Source: an uncultured Trueperaceae bacterium (lineage in GTDB: Bacteria; Deinococcota; Deinococci; Deinococcales; Trueperaceae). Taken from it: DNA of 64,000 nucleotides. The notes beneath the pieces were generated by a model. The model did not search any database, was not told the DNA's origin, and saw only the letters and a list, made by a program, of their open reading frames with translations. This document shows, piece after piece, positions 20,970-31,136 of the stretch. The stretch lies in NCBI GenBank assembly GCA_963815215.1, contig CAWFFU010000003.1, forward strand, positions 320,001-384,000, written 5' to 3'. How positions within the stretch are numbered: position 1 is the stretch's first letter; the number at the start of each line of letters is the position of its first letter. Made by a program: the position numbers and the translations under genes.

Positions 20970-21680
20970 TCAGTGATCGGGCGGAGCCGAGATGCCCCGT
21001 ACGCTGCCCGAGCAGACACACACGCGGCCTTCCGCCGTGGCGAGTAGCAGGCAACCGCGCGCGTCCACGCCGAGCGCCTCCCCCGTCACGACGGCTCCGC
21101 CTGACTCCACGCTCACGGTGCGGCCGAGCAGCGCGTCGTGGTGCGCGAACCGTTCGGGCAGGACCGAGCCGTCATCGCCCCAGGCGTCGAGGCCGCGCTG
21201 TATTCCGGCCAGCACGGCACCGTGAACGCCTTCGAGGTCCCAGCCGCGCAGGGCCGTCGCGCCCGGCGGAGGCTCGTTGCCGACGTTGACGCCGACCCCG
21301 ACCAGTAGGTGCCCTCGAAGGTACTCGGTCAGGATGCCGCCGAGCTTGCGCTCCCGGTAGTAGAGGTCGTTCGGCCACTTGACAGCGGCACGCACCCCAT
21401 AGCCGGCGAGCGTCTCCGCCAGCCCCACCCCCACCGCGATGGCGGCGCCGCCGCGTCCCAGGCTCGGTGGCGCCGGGTCGCGCACCACCAGCGTCTGATA
21501 GCTACCGCCGGGTGCGCTCTCCCAGTGTCGATCGCGGCGGCCTCTGCCCTGCGTCTGGCGCGCGGCGCGCACCACCAGACCGGCAACGTCTTCGCCACGC
21601 TCCAACCGACGACGGGCCTCGCTCTGGGTGGACGGCAGCGTCTCGTAGGTCTCGATGCGGAAGGCGATCGCGAGTGGCAT
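20970..21680 (-). CDS. birA: Biotin--[acetyl-CoA-carboxylase] ligase (no N-terminal HTH)
   Basis: STQ, QTQGRGRR..W, KWPNDL, KLGGILTE, GVGVNV, C-terminal SH3-like GVDARGCL. Confidence 0.9.
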   Translation of the reverse strand: MPLAIAFRIETYETLPSTQSEARRRLERGEDVAGLVVRAARQTQGRGRRDRHWESAPGGSYQTLVVRDPAPPSLGRGGAAIAVGVGLAETLAGYGVRAAVKWPNDLYYRERKLGGILTEYLRGHLLVGVGVNVGNEPPPGATALRGWDLEGVHGAVLAGIQRGLDAWGDDGSVLPERFAHHDALLGRTVSVESGGAVVTGEALGVDARGCLLLATAEGRVCVCSGSVRGISAPPDH

Positions 21681-21685
21681 GTGCT

Positions 21686-24600
21686 TCAGCCTACCGGCGC
21701 AACCTCGTCACGCCGGATGCTGAACACCCGGCTCACACCGTCCTCGGTGGTGACGCCCCAGAGCACGTCGGCGACCTCGAAGGTGGCCTTCTGATGGGTG
21801 ATCAGCACGAACTGTGTGCCGGCGAGAGCGAGCCGTTCCAGGAAAGCGCAGTAGCGCCGGATGTTGGCCTCGTCGAGGGGCGCGTCGACCTCGTCCAGCA
21901 CGGCGATCGGCAGGCCCGATCCGGCGCTGTCGTCGTCCATCAGGGCGAACAGGAAGGCCAGGGCGCCCATGGTGCGCTCCCCCACCGAGAGCAGATGGAG
22001 CGACTGCGTCTGCTTGCCCGGCGGTTGCAGCCGGATGCGTACGCCCACGGGCCGTCCCTCCACGTGCTCGACGTCGATGTCTCCCCGTCCCTCGGCGCCG
22101 AAGAGCTGCTGCACGTGACCCCGGAAACTGGCCCGGAGTCGCTCGAGCGAGGCGTGCAGGCGGGCCGTGGTCTCGCGGTCGATGCGCCCCAGCGTGCCCT
22201 CGAGCTCGGTCGCCGCCAGGGCCGCCTGGACGGCTTCCACCTCGAGCCCCTCTTTGCGTTCACGCGCCTCGTGCAGGTCGCGGGCCGCCCGGTGGTTGAC
22301 GGGACCCAGCGCCTCGAGCTCGGCCTCGACCTCGCGCAGCCGGCTCCGAGCGGCGCGCTCGCTGACATCGAGCGACACGACCCCTTCGGGGAAGCCGCCG
22401 AGCTCTTCGGTGGCGAGCTCCAGCGCCGCCTCGCGTCGAGCGAGCTGCACGTTGCAGCTCTCCAGCTCTTGACCGTGCGACGCCTGCCGCTCGGTGGTCT
22501 CGTTCAGCGCCGTTTCGAGCGCGTCGCTGCGTGCGCGGACCTCGGCCAGCGCCGCCTCGGCCTCCTCCAGGCCCGTCGGCAGCGCCGCCTCGGCCGCGGT
22601 GCGGGTCTGCTCGGCGGCGGCCAGCGCCTCCTCGAGTCCGGCCAGCGTCTGCTCCTGGCGGCCGATCGAGGAGCGCAGCTCGCCGGCCCGTGACCGTTCC
22701 TCCCGGTAGCGCTCCAGCGCCGATCCGTACGAGCGTAAGCGCTCCTCCAGCACCAGGCGCCGCTGGCGCACGTCGGCCAGCTCGCTGCGTCGTTCGGCGT
22801 CGCGGTCCCGCAACGCCTCGACGCGTAGGCCGGCGGCGGCGGCGTCCGCAGCGGCTTCCTCGAGGCGCGCCGGATCGGGTGGGTGGGCAGGTGGCTGAAG
22901 GGCTTCGCGCGCCCGGTCCACCTCGTCGGCGCGCTGCTGCAGGTCCTCGAGCAGGCCCTGCCGGCGCGAGCCGTGCTCGCGCGCCGCGGCCAGCCGTGCG
23001 CGCGCCTCCTCCCACGCCCCCGCCGACGCCGGGCCGCGCTGCTGCAGCCCCCGAACCTGCTGCTGCCGGCGCTCGAGCTCCTCCAGCGCAGCCTCGGCCT
23101 GCCGCCGGATCCGCTCCTCGGCCGCTTCGGCCTCCTCGAGCTCGGCGGCGGCGCCGAGCACGCTCGCTTGCGGGCCGCGCCGGCCGCCGCTCATGGCGCC
23201 GGAAGCTTCCAGGATGTCGCCGTCGAGCGCCACCATGCGGGCGCGCGGGCCGCGCGCCCGGGCCAGCTCGGTAGCCACCTCCATCGTCTTTACCAGCACG
23301 GTGCCGCCGAGCAGCTGCTCGGCGACCTTTCGGTAGGCCGCTCCGACCTCCACCACGTCGACCGCCGCACCGATCACGCCCTGCTGCGCGAGCAGCTCCC
23401 GCGGCGGCCTGCGGCCGTCGTCGCGCAGCAGATCGAGGGGCAGGACCGTGACGAAGCCACCGCGCTCCCGCACCCAGCGCAGCACCTTGCGGCCGGTATC
23501 GGCGTGGTCGACGACCACGTACTCGGCGCGCCGGCCGAGGGCGGCCGCCACCGCCGTACGGTAGTGCTCCGGTACGCCCAGCAGATCGCCAACAGACCCG
23601 ACGACGCCGTCGATGCCCGAGGTCAGGGCGTTGCGCGGACCCTGGGCGTACCCGCGCCGCGCTTCGAAGGCCGCCCGCTGGCGCTGCGCGGCTCGTCCCA
23701 GCGCCTGCCGCTCGGCCTCGAGATGAGCGTGCCGCGCGTGCGCTTCGGCGAGTTGCGTGCGGGCCGCCTCCAGCTCGGCGCCGAGCGCCGCGGATCGTTC
23801 ACGCGCGCCGGCCTCGGCGGCCTCGAGCGCCGCCAGATCTTCGTCCGGCGCCGCCTCCAGCGCCGTCAGCCGTTCCCGGAGCTCGCGGGCCTGGCGCGCG
23901 AGCCCGGCGCGCTGGGTCTCGAAGCTCGTCGCATCGCGCTCGGCCGTCGACTGCGCCTCGCGCAAGCGTTCGAGAGCGCCGCCGGCCTCTTCGAACGCGC
24001 GGCGTGCCGCGGAGACCTCGGCGTCCGCTCCCTGCAGGGCTTCGCTCAGCTCCGCCTCGCGTGCGATCAGGGGTGCTGGGTCGCCCTCGGGAGCGCTCGG
24101 CGGCACCGCCGCTTCCAGCCGGACGGCTTCCTCGCGCGTCGCCTCCAGGGCGTCCCCGGCCGCCTGGCGACGCTCTCGGGCACGATGGGCGCGCTCCTCG
24201 GCGACGCGTAGGTCGCCGCGCCTGAGCTCGGCTTCGGCCAGGGCGCTGCGGTAGGTCTCCTCGCGGGAGTCGCGCGTTCGGCGTGCCCCCTCCAGTTCGG
24301 TACGCAGCTCCTGGAGCCGCTCGCGCCCCTCCTGGATGGCGACGGACAGCTCCGCGCGACGCTTGAGGAGGCCGGCGATCTCCTGCTCGAGAGCGTCGAC
24401 GCGGCGCCTCGAGGCGGTGACCCGCAGTCGCAGAGCTTCGGCCGACAGCGCGGCGTGGCGCTCGGCATCGGCGGCTTCTTCGCCGAGGCGCACGCAGCGC
24501 TCGTCGAGCTCCACGAGCACGTCCTGAAGGCGATCGAGGTGGCCGCGGGCTGTCTCCAGACGGGCCTGCGTCTGCTCCCGCCGGGAGCTCATCCGCCCAA

Positions 24601-25078
24601 CTCCGGCGACCTCAGCGACGTACTGCAACAGCTTCGGGGGGTCCGCCATCAGCACCTGGCTGACCTCGCCCTGGCCGATGAGGGCGACCCCGGACCGACC
24701 CAGGCCACTGCCCGCCAGGGCCTCCTCGAGATCGAGGAAGCGTGCGTTGCGGCCGTTGAGCCTCAGCCGGGTGGTGCCGTCCCGGTCCAGGCTCCGGTAC
24801 ACCTTGAAGGCACGCTCGTCTCCGCGCAACTCGACCTCGACCTCGGCCAGGCTCAGCCCGCGTTTGCCGCTGGCGCCGTGGAAGATCAGATCCGTCTTGT
24901 CGCTGGCGCGGAAATCCCGGGCGCGACCGCCACCCGTGGTCCACTTCAGTGCGTCGATCAGGTTGGACTTGCCCGAGCCGTTCGGCCCGATGATGGCGGT
25001 GATGCCAGGTGCGAACTCGACCACCGTGCGGTTCCCGAAGCTCTTGAAGCCCTGGAGCGACAGGGAGGTGAGGCGCAC
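21686..25078 (-). CDS. smc: Chromosome segregation protein SMC
   Basis: GFKSF, Walker A GPNGSGKSN, Q-loop IGQG, long coiled coils, hinge (GVVGSVGDLL..; GAMSGG), GPVN, LSVGE, Walker B LDEVDAPLD, ITH. Confidence 0.95.
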   Translation of the reverse strand: MRLTSLSLQGFKSFGNRTVVEFAPGITAIIGPNGSGKSNLIDALKWTTGGGRARDFRASDKTDLIFHGASGKRGLSLAEVEVELRGDERAFKVYRSLDRDGTTRLRLNGRNARFLDLEEALAGSGLGRSGVALIGQGEVSQVLMADPPKLLQYVAEVAGVGRMSSRREQTQARLETARGHLDRLQDVLVELDERCVRLGEEAADAERHAALSAEALRLRVTASRRRVDALEQEIAGLLKRRAELSVAIQEGRERLQELRTELEGARRTRDSREETYRSALAEAELRRGDLRVAEERAHRARERRQAAGDALEATREEAVRLEAAVPPSAPEGDPAPLIAREAELSEALQGADAEVSAARRAFEEAGGALERLREAQSTAERDATSFETQRAGLARQARELRERLTALEAAPDEDLAALEAAEAGARERSAALGAELEAARTQLAEAHARHAHLEAERQALGRAAQRQRAAFEARRGYAQGPRNALTSGIDGVVGSVGDLLGVPEHYRTAVAAALGRRAEYVVVDHADTGRKVLRWVRERGGFVTVLPLDLLRDDGRRPPRELLAQQGVIGAAVDVVEVGAAYRKVAEQLLGGTVLVKTMEVATELARARGPRARMVALDGDILEASGAMSGGRRGPQASVLGAAAELEEAEAAEERIRRQAEAALEELERRQQQVRGLQQRGPASAGAWEEARARLAAAREHGSRRQGLLEDLQQRADEVDRAREALQPPAHPPDPARLEEAAADAAAAGLRVEALRDRDAERRSELADVRQRRLVLEERLRSYGSALERYREERSRAGELRSSIGRQEQTLAGLEEALAAAEQTRTAAEAALPTGLEEAEAALAEVRARSDALETALNETTERQASHGQELESCNVQLARREAALELATEELGGFPEGVVSLDVSERAARSRLREVEAELEALGPVNHRAARDLHEARERKEGLEVEAVQAALAATELEGTLGRIDRETTARLHASLERLRASFRGHVQQLFGAEGRGDIDVEHVEGRPVGVRIRLQPPGKQTQSLHLLSVGERTMGALAFLFALMDDDSAGSGLPIAVLDEVDAPLDEANIRRYCAFLERLALAGTQFVLITHQKATFEVADVLWGVTTEDGVSRVFSIRRDEVAPVG

Positions 25079-25103
25079 GCGCCAGTCTACCTTGGCCCGC
25101 GGC

Positions 25104-26471
25104 TCATGCCGCACCCCGGGCGAGCGCCCGGAACAGCAGCGCGCTGGTGTGGATGCCTCTCAGGTAGTCGCGAACCGCGAACTTCTCGTTCGGCGCGTGG
25201 GCACGGTCGTCCTCCAGGCCCAGCCCGACCAGCACCACCTCGCTGCCGAGCAACTCCTGGAAGTCCGCCACCACCGGGATCGTGCCCCCGGTGCGGGCGA
25301 AGACCGGCTCGCGGCCGAAGGAGGCGCGCAACGCCTCGGCGGCGGCGCGCACGCTGGCCGCGTCGATGGGCGTCGCGGCGGGCCGGCCGCCGTGGAGCCG
25401 CTTCACCTCGACCTCGATCCCTTCGGGTGCGAGCGCCTCCAGCGCACGGGCGACCTTCTCGGTGATGTCGTCCGGGTCCTGCCCCGGCACCAGACGGCAG
25501 GACAGCTTGGCGGCGGCGGTAGCCGGGATGACGGTCTTGGCGCCGTCGCCCTGGAACCCGCCCCAGATGCCGTTGCAGTCGAGCGTGGGCCGGGCCCACA
25601 GCCGTTCGATGAGGCTGTAGCCGGCCTCGCCCGGCGTGGCACTCACCCCGGCGTCGGCGCGGAAAGCGGCCTCGTCGAAGGGGGCCGCCGCCATCCGGGC
25701 GCGCTCCTCGTCGCCGAGCGCCGTGACGGCGTCGTAGAAGCCGGGTACGGTGACGCGGCCGTCGCCATCCTTGAGCCCCGCGATCATGGCCGCCAGCGCG
25801 TTGATGGCGTTGGGGACGCCACCGCCGTAGGCGCCCGAGTGAAGGTCGCGGCCGGCGCCACGAACGTGGACCTCGAGGTAGGCGAGCCCCTTGAGGCCGT
25901 AGGTCAGGGTAGGGGTGTCGGGAGCCATCATGGCTCCGTCGGAGATGACCACCACGTCGGCCGCCAGCGCGGCGGCGTTGCGCTCGAGGAAGGGACGCAG
26001 GTTGGGGCTGCCGATCTCCTCCTCGCCTTCGACGACGAACAGCACGTTGAGGGGCAGGGCGCCGTCCACCTGCGCCAGCGCCTCGACGCCCTTGATGTGG
26101 GCGTACACCTGCCCCTTGTCGTCGCTCGCGCCGCGGGCGAGGATGTCGCCGTCGACAACGGTGGCCTCGAACGGCGGCGTGTTCCAGAGCTCGAGTGGCT
26201 CGGCGGGCTGCACGTCGTAGTGACCGTAGACGAGCACCGTCGGCGCCCCCGGGACTTCGGGCGAGCGTCCCACCACGACGCCGTGGCCGTCGGTAGGATG
26301 CACCTCCGCCTCGAAGCCGGCCCGGCGCAGCGCGTCGGCGACGAAGGCGGCGGCCTGCGCCACGTCCTCGGTGCGTTCCGGGTCGGTGGACACCGAGGGG
26401 ATGTGCAGGAACGCGAAGAGCTCGTCGAGGTGACGCTCGCGGTTGCTTTCCAGGTAGTCGGTCAGCGCCAT
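25104..26471 (-). CDS. M20-family dipeptidase/deacylase
   Basis: YGHYDVQP, ARGASDDKGQ, EGEEEIGS, DLHSG, GGTIP, AHAPNE. Confidence 0.9.
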   Translation of the reverse strand: MALTDYLESNRERHLDELFAFLHIPSVSTDPERTEDVAQAAAFVADALRRAGFEAEVHPTDGHGVVVGRSPEVPGAPTVLVYGHYDVQPAEPLELWNTPPFEATVVDGDILARGASDDKGQVYAHIKGVEALAQVDGALPLNVLFVVEGEEEIGSPNLRPFLERNAAALAADVVVISDGAMMAPDTPTLTYGLKGLAYLEVHVRGAGRDLHSGAYGGGVPNAINALAAMIAGLKDGDGRVTVPGFYDAVTALGDEERARMAAAPFDEAAFRADAGVSATPGEAGYSLIERLWARPTLDCNGIWGGFQGDGAKTVIPATAAAKLSCRLVPGQDPDDITEKVARALEALAPEGIEVEVKRLHGGRPAATPIDAASVRAAAEALRASFGREPVFARTGGTIPVVADFQELLGSEVVLVGLGLEDDRAHAPNEKFAVRDYLRGIHTSALLFRALARGAA

Positions 26472-26494
26472 GCCGGCGAGTATACCGGGGGCGC

Positions 26495-26950
26495 TCAGCC
26501 CTCTTGCCCGTCCGGGTCCGGCTCGCCCGAGGGGAGCGCTTCCTGGCGCATGATGTCGAGATGGTCCTTGAGGCGGACCTGCAGGTTGGAGATGCGGTTC
26601 TCCATGCTGAACTGAAGCTCGTCGAGGCGCCGGCGCAGCTTGATGATCTCCTCGACGCCCGCCAGGTTCACGCCCAGCTCCTGGGTCAGCCGCCGGATCT
26701 CACGGAGCTGCTCGATGTTGCGCTGCGAGTACAGGCGCGTCTTCCCCGCGCTCCGACTCGGTTCGATGAGCCCCTTGCGCTCGTACAGGCGCAGCGTCTG
26801 GGGGTGCATGTCGACCAGCTCAGCGGCGACGCTGATCACGTACAGCGGCTTGTCCTTGTCGATGCCTTCGGCGCGCCCTTCGGGCGTCTCTGCCTCGGCT
26901 GCGTCCGCCGCCGCGGTCTTCTTCGGTTCGGGGTTGTGCTCCGCGCTCAT
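26495..26950 (-). CDS. hspR: Heat-shock repressor HspR (MerR family)
   Basis: [52 protein letters not shown]. Overlaps the dnaJ stop. Confidence 0.88.
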   Translation of the reverse strand: MSAEHNPEPKKTAAADAAEAETPEGRAEGIDKDKPLYVISVAAELVDMHPQTLRLYERKGLIEPSRSAGKTRLYSQRNIEQLREIRRLTQELGVNLAGVEEIIKLRRRLDELQFSMENRISNLQVRLKDHLDIMRQEALPSGEPDPDGQEG

Positions 26951-27897
26951 GCCTCCGTCCCTCCGTCCGTCAGCTTACCCAGCCAGTCCGACGCGGCTCT
27001 GGCCGCGCCCCGCCAGAAGTCGTGGCGGACCGTGACGATGAGGTCGCCCTGTCCGAGCCCTCGGCCCGGGACCGTCACGCTGCCGCCGTCGGGCGTGCCC
27101 GCCGGAACGTTCACGGTCTGCCCGGCGAAGCGGGCGGTGACGCCGCGCGCGGCCTCGGCGGGCATCAGGTGGATATCGGCGTGCACGTCGTCGCCTTCGA
27201 AATGCGCGCCGGCGGGCAGCGTGACGCCGATCTTCACGAACAGGTCGCCGGGCGGGTTGCCCGGTCCACCGAGTCCGCGCAGACGCAAGCGCGTTCCGTC
27301 GCGAACGCCCGAGGGTACCTGCACGTCGACCTCGGCGCGACCGTTGCGCACCCCGGTACCGGCGCAATCGGGACACGTCGCGCCGGACACGGTGCGCTGC
27401 CCGTGACACGTCGAGCAGACGCTCGGTCCCGGCACGCGCACGCGCCGGGGGCCGCCCGAGCGCGCCAACGCGAGCGGCACCTGGACGCGGATCTCCCGTG
27501 TCTCCCCGGGCAGCAGGCCGGCGTTGCGGAACAACCCCGTCATCATGCCGAACAGTGCGTCGAACACCGCGTTCCCGGTGTGCGGAGCGCCCTGGCGCGC
27601 GTCCCAGTTGATGGGGATGTCGGCCTCGCGGAAGATCGTGCGCCAGTCCACGGTACTGAAATCGGGCGCGCCGGCCGCGCCGTTCCCGGTGGTCCCGTAG
27701 CGGTCGAAACGCCCACGTGCTTCGGGGTCGCGCAGCACGGCGTAGGCCTCGGAGATCTGCTTGAAGCGCTCCTCGGCCTCCTTGTTCCCGGGGTTGCGGT
27801 CCGGATGGTAGCGCATGGCCAGCTTGCGGAAGGCCGCCTTCACCTCGTCCGCGCCGGCCTCCGGCGTGACACCGAGAACCTCGTAGGGGTTGGTCAT
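26947..27897 (-). CDS. dnaJ: DnaJ-family co-chaperone with reduced zinc finger
   Basis: J-domain ([22 protein letters not shown]); only two CxxCxG repeats ([14 protein letters not shown]); C-terminal GDL motifs. Confidence 0.85.
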   Translation of the reverse strand: MTNPYEVLGVTPEAGADEVKAAFRKLAMRYHPDRNPGNKEAEERFKQISEAYAVLRDPEARGRFDRYGTTGNGAAGAPDFSTVDWRTIFREADIPINWDARQGAPHTGNAVFDALFGMMTGLFRNAGLLPGETREIRVQVPLALARSGGPRRVRVPGPSVCSTCHGQRTVSGATCPDCAGTGVRNGRAEVDVQVPSGVRDGTRLRLRGLGGPGNPPGDLFVKIGVTLPAGAHFEGDDVHADIHLMPAEAARGVTARFAGQTVNVPAGTPDGGSVTVPGRGLGQGDLIVTVRHDFWRGAARAASDWLGKLTDGGTEA

Positions 27898-27928
27898 GAC
27901 CGGACTCACTACGGCGTATAATACATAA

Positions 27929-27949
27929 CTTGAGTCTGACGTTGTTAAC
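27929..27949. promoter_or_regulatory. HAIR-like HspR operator (one perfect half-site)
   Basis: CTTGAGT-ctgacgt-TGTTAAC versus HAIR consensus CTTGAGT-N7-ACTCAAG, in an AT-rich promoter directly upstream of dnaJ-hspR. Confidence 0.6.
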
Positions 27950-28045
27950 CCGTTGGCCACTTCCGGGTGGCTCGACCGGAGGGGCCGAGGCGCCGATGCT
28001 ATCCTGGGGACCGTGCCTCGTGGCCACGGGGCACGGAGGTGTGCC

Positions 28046-28399
28046 TTGAAGAGGACGCTCGTCCTGGTAGTGCTCGCGGTCGCCCTGCTGGCCGGTCTCG
28101 CCGGCTGCCGCAACGAGACGCAGAACCGCATCCGCCGCAGCATCCAGGACTTCACCAACCAGCGCATGTACATCACGCTCTACTCGTACGACGGAAAGGT
28201 CGTCTTCGACGGTGTGGTGGACGGCAAGGTGACCCGCTCCAGTACGGCCTCGGAGGGGGGCGCGGCAGGCAACTCGCAGGGGTACTACATCTACTGGTAC
28301 GACGATCGCGGTCGCTACCACCAGTCCGATCTCCCCTACCTGCTGACGACCTACGATCGCAACAAGCCGGGTGCGCAGCAACCATCGACGACGCCCTGA
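28046..28399 (+). CDS. Hypothetical lipoprotein
   Basis: GGAGGT RBS, TTG start, [21 protein letters not shown] lipobox, GC3-rich coding frame. Confidence 0.75.
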   Translation: MKRTLVLVVLAVALLAGLAGCRNETQNRIRRSIQDFTNQRMYITLYSYDGKVVFDGVVDGKVTRSSTASEGGAAGNSQGYYIYWYDDRGRYHQSDLPYLLTTYDRNKPGAQQPSTTP

Positions 28400-28520
28400 C
28401 CGGCGCCGCGGAGCCGCTGCGATTGTGGTGTGCGTTACGATTCCCTGAAGCCCCCATGAACGTGTCACGCACGGGCGGAGGGGTGGGCGCGCGTACCATG
28501 GGAAGCGAGGAGAACCGCTC

Positions 28521-29036
28521 ATGAGCCACCACAGACTCCTTCGGCTGGTCCCTTTCGTGCTCGTCCTGAGCGCGGCGTTGTCCGCCTGCAGTATCTACGT
28601 GCGGCCCGGCGGGCCCATCAGTGTCGGCGTTCCGCTCGACAACGTCATCACCTTCTTCGAGCCCACCCGCGGTGCCGGGGCCAACTACTACGTGGGCGAG
28701 GGAGTCGAGTTCCGCATCCGGACGCGGGACAGCGGCTACGTCACGCTCTCGGCCATGGACCCCGACGGACGGGTATATGTTTTCTCGCGAAACATCTACG
28801 TGCCCGCCAACCGGACCGTCGTCCTGCCCACACCGGAGATGCGCGTGAGCTTCAGCGCAGCTCCTCCGCGTGGCCTGCACCGGATCCGGGCTGCGTTCAC
28901 CTCGGCGCGAACCGATCCCACTCACGTGCACTACAGCGGCCGTCACGGCGAGGGAGACTGGACCAGCGCCATCGAGATCGACATCCGCGGCTATCCTGTG
29001 CGGGACGTGGCGCTGACCACGCTGTACATTCGCTGA
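28521..29036 (+). CDS. Lipoprotein, DUF4384-like domain
   Basis: Lipobox LSAC; YYVGEGVEFRIRT..SGYVTL..DPDGRV pattern typical of DUF4384. Confidence 0.7.
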   Translation: MSHHRLLRLVPFVLVLSAALSACSIYVRPGGPISVGVPLDNVITFFEPTRGAGANYYVGEGVEFRIRTRDSGYVTLSAMDPDGRVYVFSRNIYVPANRTVVLPTPEMRVSFSAAPPRGLHRIRAAFTSARTDPTHVHYSGRHGEGDWTSAIEIDIRGYPVRDVALTTLYIR

Positions 29037-29247
29037 GCTCGGAACACGTGTCCACGACGACCGATCCGCCGCCCTGCCCGGTGTGGGGCGGCGGATGTTC
29101 GTGGCTGCAGCACGGGGCTCGCGCGGCAGGCGCAGGCGACTCGGTCGGTAGCGGTTCCGCTCCCAGCGTGGCCGTGCGATACAATAGGAACTACGCCGTC
29201 CGGCGACATCGTCAGGCAGTCCGCACGCAGACCGGGAGGAAGCATCC

Positions 29248-29976
29248 TTGTCAGGCCATAACAAGTGGTCCCAGATCAAGCGCAAGAAGGCGGTCAACGA
29301 CCATCAACGCGGGAAGATCATCAGCAAGCACATCCGGGCCATCCAGTCCGCCGTGCGTGAGGGTGGTGGCGGTGACCCGTCGGCCAACTTGCCCCTGAAG
29401 AATTCCCTGGCGGCTGCCAAGACGGACGACGTACCGCAGGACAACATCGACCGCGCGATCGAACGGGCCCTCGGCGCCAGCGAGGGCGGGGACTTCGAGC
29501 CCGTCCACTACGAAGGCTACGGTCCGGCCGGAGTGGCTGTGCTGGTCGAGGCCCTGACCGACAATCGCAACCGCACGGCATCCGAAGTTCGTCATGTGTT
29601 CACCAAGCACGGCGGGAACATGTCGGGATCGACGGCCTGGCAGTTCGAGACCAAGGGTGTGATCGTGCTGGACATGGCCAACGACACGCTGCAAGAACTC
29701 GCCATCGATCTCGGCGCCGAGGATCTCGAGCCGGCCGACGGGAGCCTCACCATCTACACCTCGCCCACCGAGCTGTACGCCGTGGTGGACGGTCTCCAGA
29801 AGGCTGGGCACGCTCCGGAGGTATCGCAGCTCAGCAAGTTCGCCCAGACCGAGACGGAGCTGGACAGCAGCGACGCCGACAAGGTGGTCCGGTTCATCGA
29901 AGCGCTCGAAGACCTCGACGACGTGCAGAACGTCTACTCCACGGCCAACCTGGAGAACGCTGAGCTCGTCGGCTGA
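29248..29976 (+). CDS. yebC: YebC/PmpR family protein
   Basis: MSGHNKWSQIKRKK, YEGYGPAGVAVLVEALTDNRNRT, LEDLDDVQNVYS. Confidence 0.95.
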   Translation: MSGHNKWSQIKRKKAVNDHQRGKIISKHIRAIQSAVREGGGGDPSANLPLKNSLAAAKTDDVPQDNIDRAIERALGASEGGDFEPVHYEGYGPAGVAVLVEALTDNRNRTASEVRHVFTKHGGNMSGSTAWQFETKGVIVLDMANDTLQELAIDLGAEDLEPADGSLTIYTSPTELYAVVDGLQKAGHAPEVSQLSKFAQTETELDSSDADKVVRFIEALEDLDDVQNVYSTANLENAELVG

Positions 29977-29993
29977 CCCCACGAGGGAGGGGT

Positions 29994-30704
29994 ATGAGCT
30001 TTCCTGTCCTGCCCTGGGATGACCTCCCGGCGATCACGGCTGCCCAGATGCAGCAGCTCATCATGCTCGCCACCGGCAAGTACGGTCTGGACAACCGTGT
30101 GCTCGTAGAGCACACGGCCCGCAATCTCGTCACGCTGGTCGACACCTTCGCCGGGGACGGTCCCGTGCTGGTGGTCGCTGGTCGCGGCAACAACGGCAGC
30201 GGCGGTCTGGCCGCCGCGCGCCTGCTGGGCGCCCGCGGCCACCGGGTGTGGGTAGTCCCCACGCACGAGGCGGAGAACTACTCCGGAACGCCCAAGGAGC
30301 AGCTCGAGCACCTGCGCCACTTCGACAAGGTTCGGGTCCGCACCAGCCTCCCCAAGATGAAGTTCGCGTGCGTCATCGACGCGGCCATCGGCACCAACCT
30401 GGAAGGACCGCCGCGTGGCCGTACCCAGGACGTCATCACCGTGCTCAACAACATGGGCGACGGCAGCTGCGTGATCTCCTTGGACGCCCCCACCGGCATG
30501 ATGGTGGACGACGGCGAGGTGCCGGGCGATATCGTTCAGGCCACCATGACGCTGTCCGTGGCGCTCCCCAAGCGGGGCGTCAAGCCTGGCGGCACGGTGG
30601 GCCGGCTGTTCGTCGGCGATATCGGGCTGCCGCAGGGCGTGTTCGAGTCGATGGGGCTGCCGGGAGTGCAGCTCCCCGGCTTCATCTCCGAGATCGGCGG
30701 CTGA
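29994..30704 (+). CDS. nnrE: NAD(P)H-hydrate epimerase (YjeF N-terminal domain, standalone)
   Basis: GRGNNGSGGLAAAR, IDAAIGT, SLDAPTG, TLSVALPK, LFVGDIG. Confidence 0.8.
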   Translation: MSFPVLPWDDLPAITAAQMQQLIMLATGKYGLDNRVLVEHTARNLVTLVDTFAGDGPVLVVAGRGNNGSGGLAAARLLGARGHRVWVVPTHEAENYSGTPKEQLEHLRHFDKVRVRTSLPKMKFACVIDAAIGTNLEGPPRGRTQDVITVLNNMGDGSCVISLDAPTGMMVDDGEVPGDIVQATMTLSVALPKRGVKPGGTVGRLFVGDIGLPQGVFESMGLPGVQLPGFISEIGG

Positions 30705-30739
30705 GCCGTGGGCCCGCGGGGGCCCACGGTAGGCCCACG

Positions 30740-30781
30740 GACGAGCGCCCCCTCCACCTTCGGAGGGGGCGCTCGTCGTTT
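30740..30781. terminator. Hairpin between convergent nnrE and tRNA operon
   Basis: 16-bp perfect stem GACGAGCGCCCCCTCC/GGAGGGGGCGCTCGTC with a 6-nt loop. Confidence 0.75.
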
Positions 30782-30855
30782 GGTAGGCGCGGGCGGGATT
30801 GAACCGCCGACCTCTACAGTGTCAATGTAGCGCTCTCCCACTGAGCTACGCGCCT
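30781..30855 (-). tRNA. tRNA-Val(GAC)
   Basis: Reverse complement AGGCGCGTAGCTCAGTGGGAGAGCGCTACATTGACACTGTAGAGGTCGGCGGTTCAATCCCGCCCGCGCCTACCA; cloverleaf with encoded CCA. Confidence 0.97.
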
Positions 30856-30869
30856 ATGGTCGGAAGAGG

Positions 30870-30944
30870 TGGAGGCGCCGACCGGATTCGAACCGGTGAA
30901 TCGAGGTTTTGCAGACCTCTGCCTTACCCCTTGGCTACGGCGCC
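30870..30944 (-). tRNA. tRNA-Cys(GCA)
   Basis: Reverse complement GGCGCCGTAGCCAAGGGGTAAGGCAGAGGTCTGCAAAACCTCGATTCACCGGTTCGAATCCGGTCGGCGCCTCCA; U73 discriminator. Confidence 0.97.
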
Positions 30945-30989
30945 GCATGCCCGCGTGCCGACCCCCTGGCCGACCCACAGAGCTAGAGA

Positions 30990-31019
30990 AGCGTAGCATG
31001 GCCGATTTTCCGTTGTCAA
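30990..31019 (-). promoter_or_regulatory. Sigma70-type promoter of the tRNA-Cys/Val operon
   Basis: Minus strand TTGACA-N18-TACGCT with extended TG. Confidence 0.75.
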
Positions 31020-31136
31020 CGCGCTCGCGGGGGATTTGGTCGACGCCCCGAGGGAGCGCGTGAGGGGCCGGCGGGCGCGGGGTCGGGCCGCTCGAGACGG
31101 CTCCGGTCCCGGGCGTCGAGCGCGTTAGCATGGGGC

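Noticed and set aside
21975..22000. SMC signature LSVGE instead of LSGGE as an inactivating change
   Set aside because: The key Ser and all other ATPase motifs are intact; variation at this position is tolerated in SMC-family proteins.
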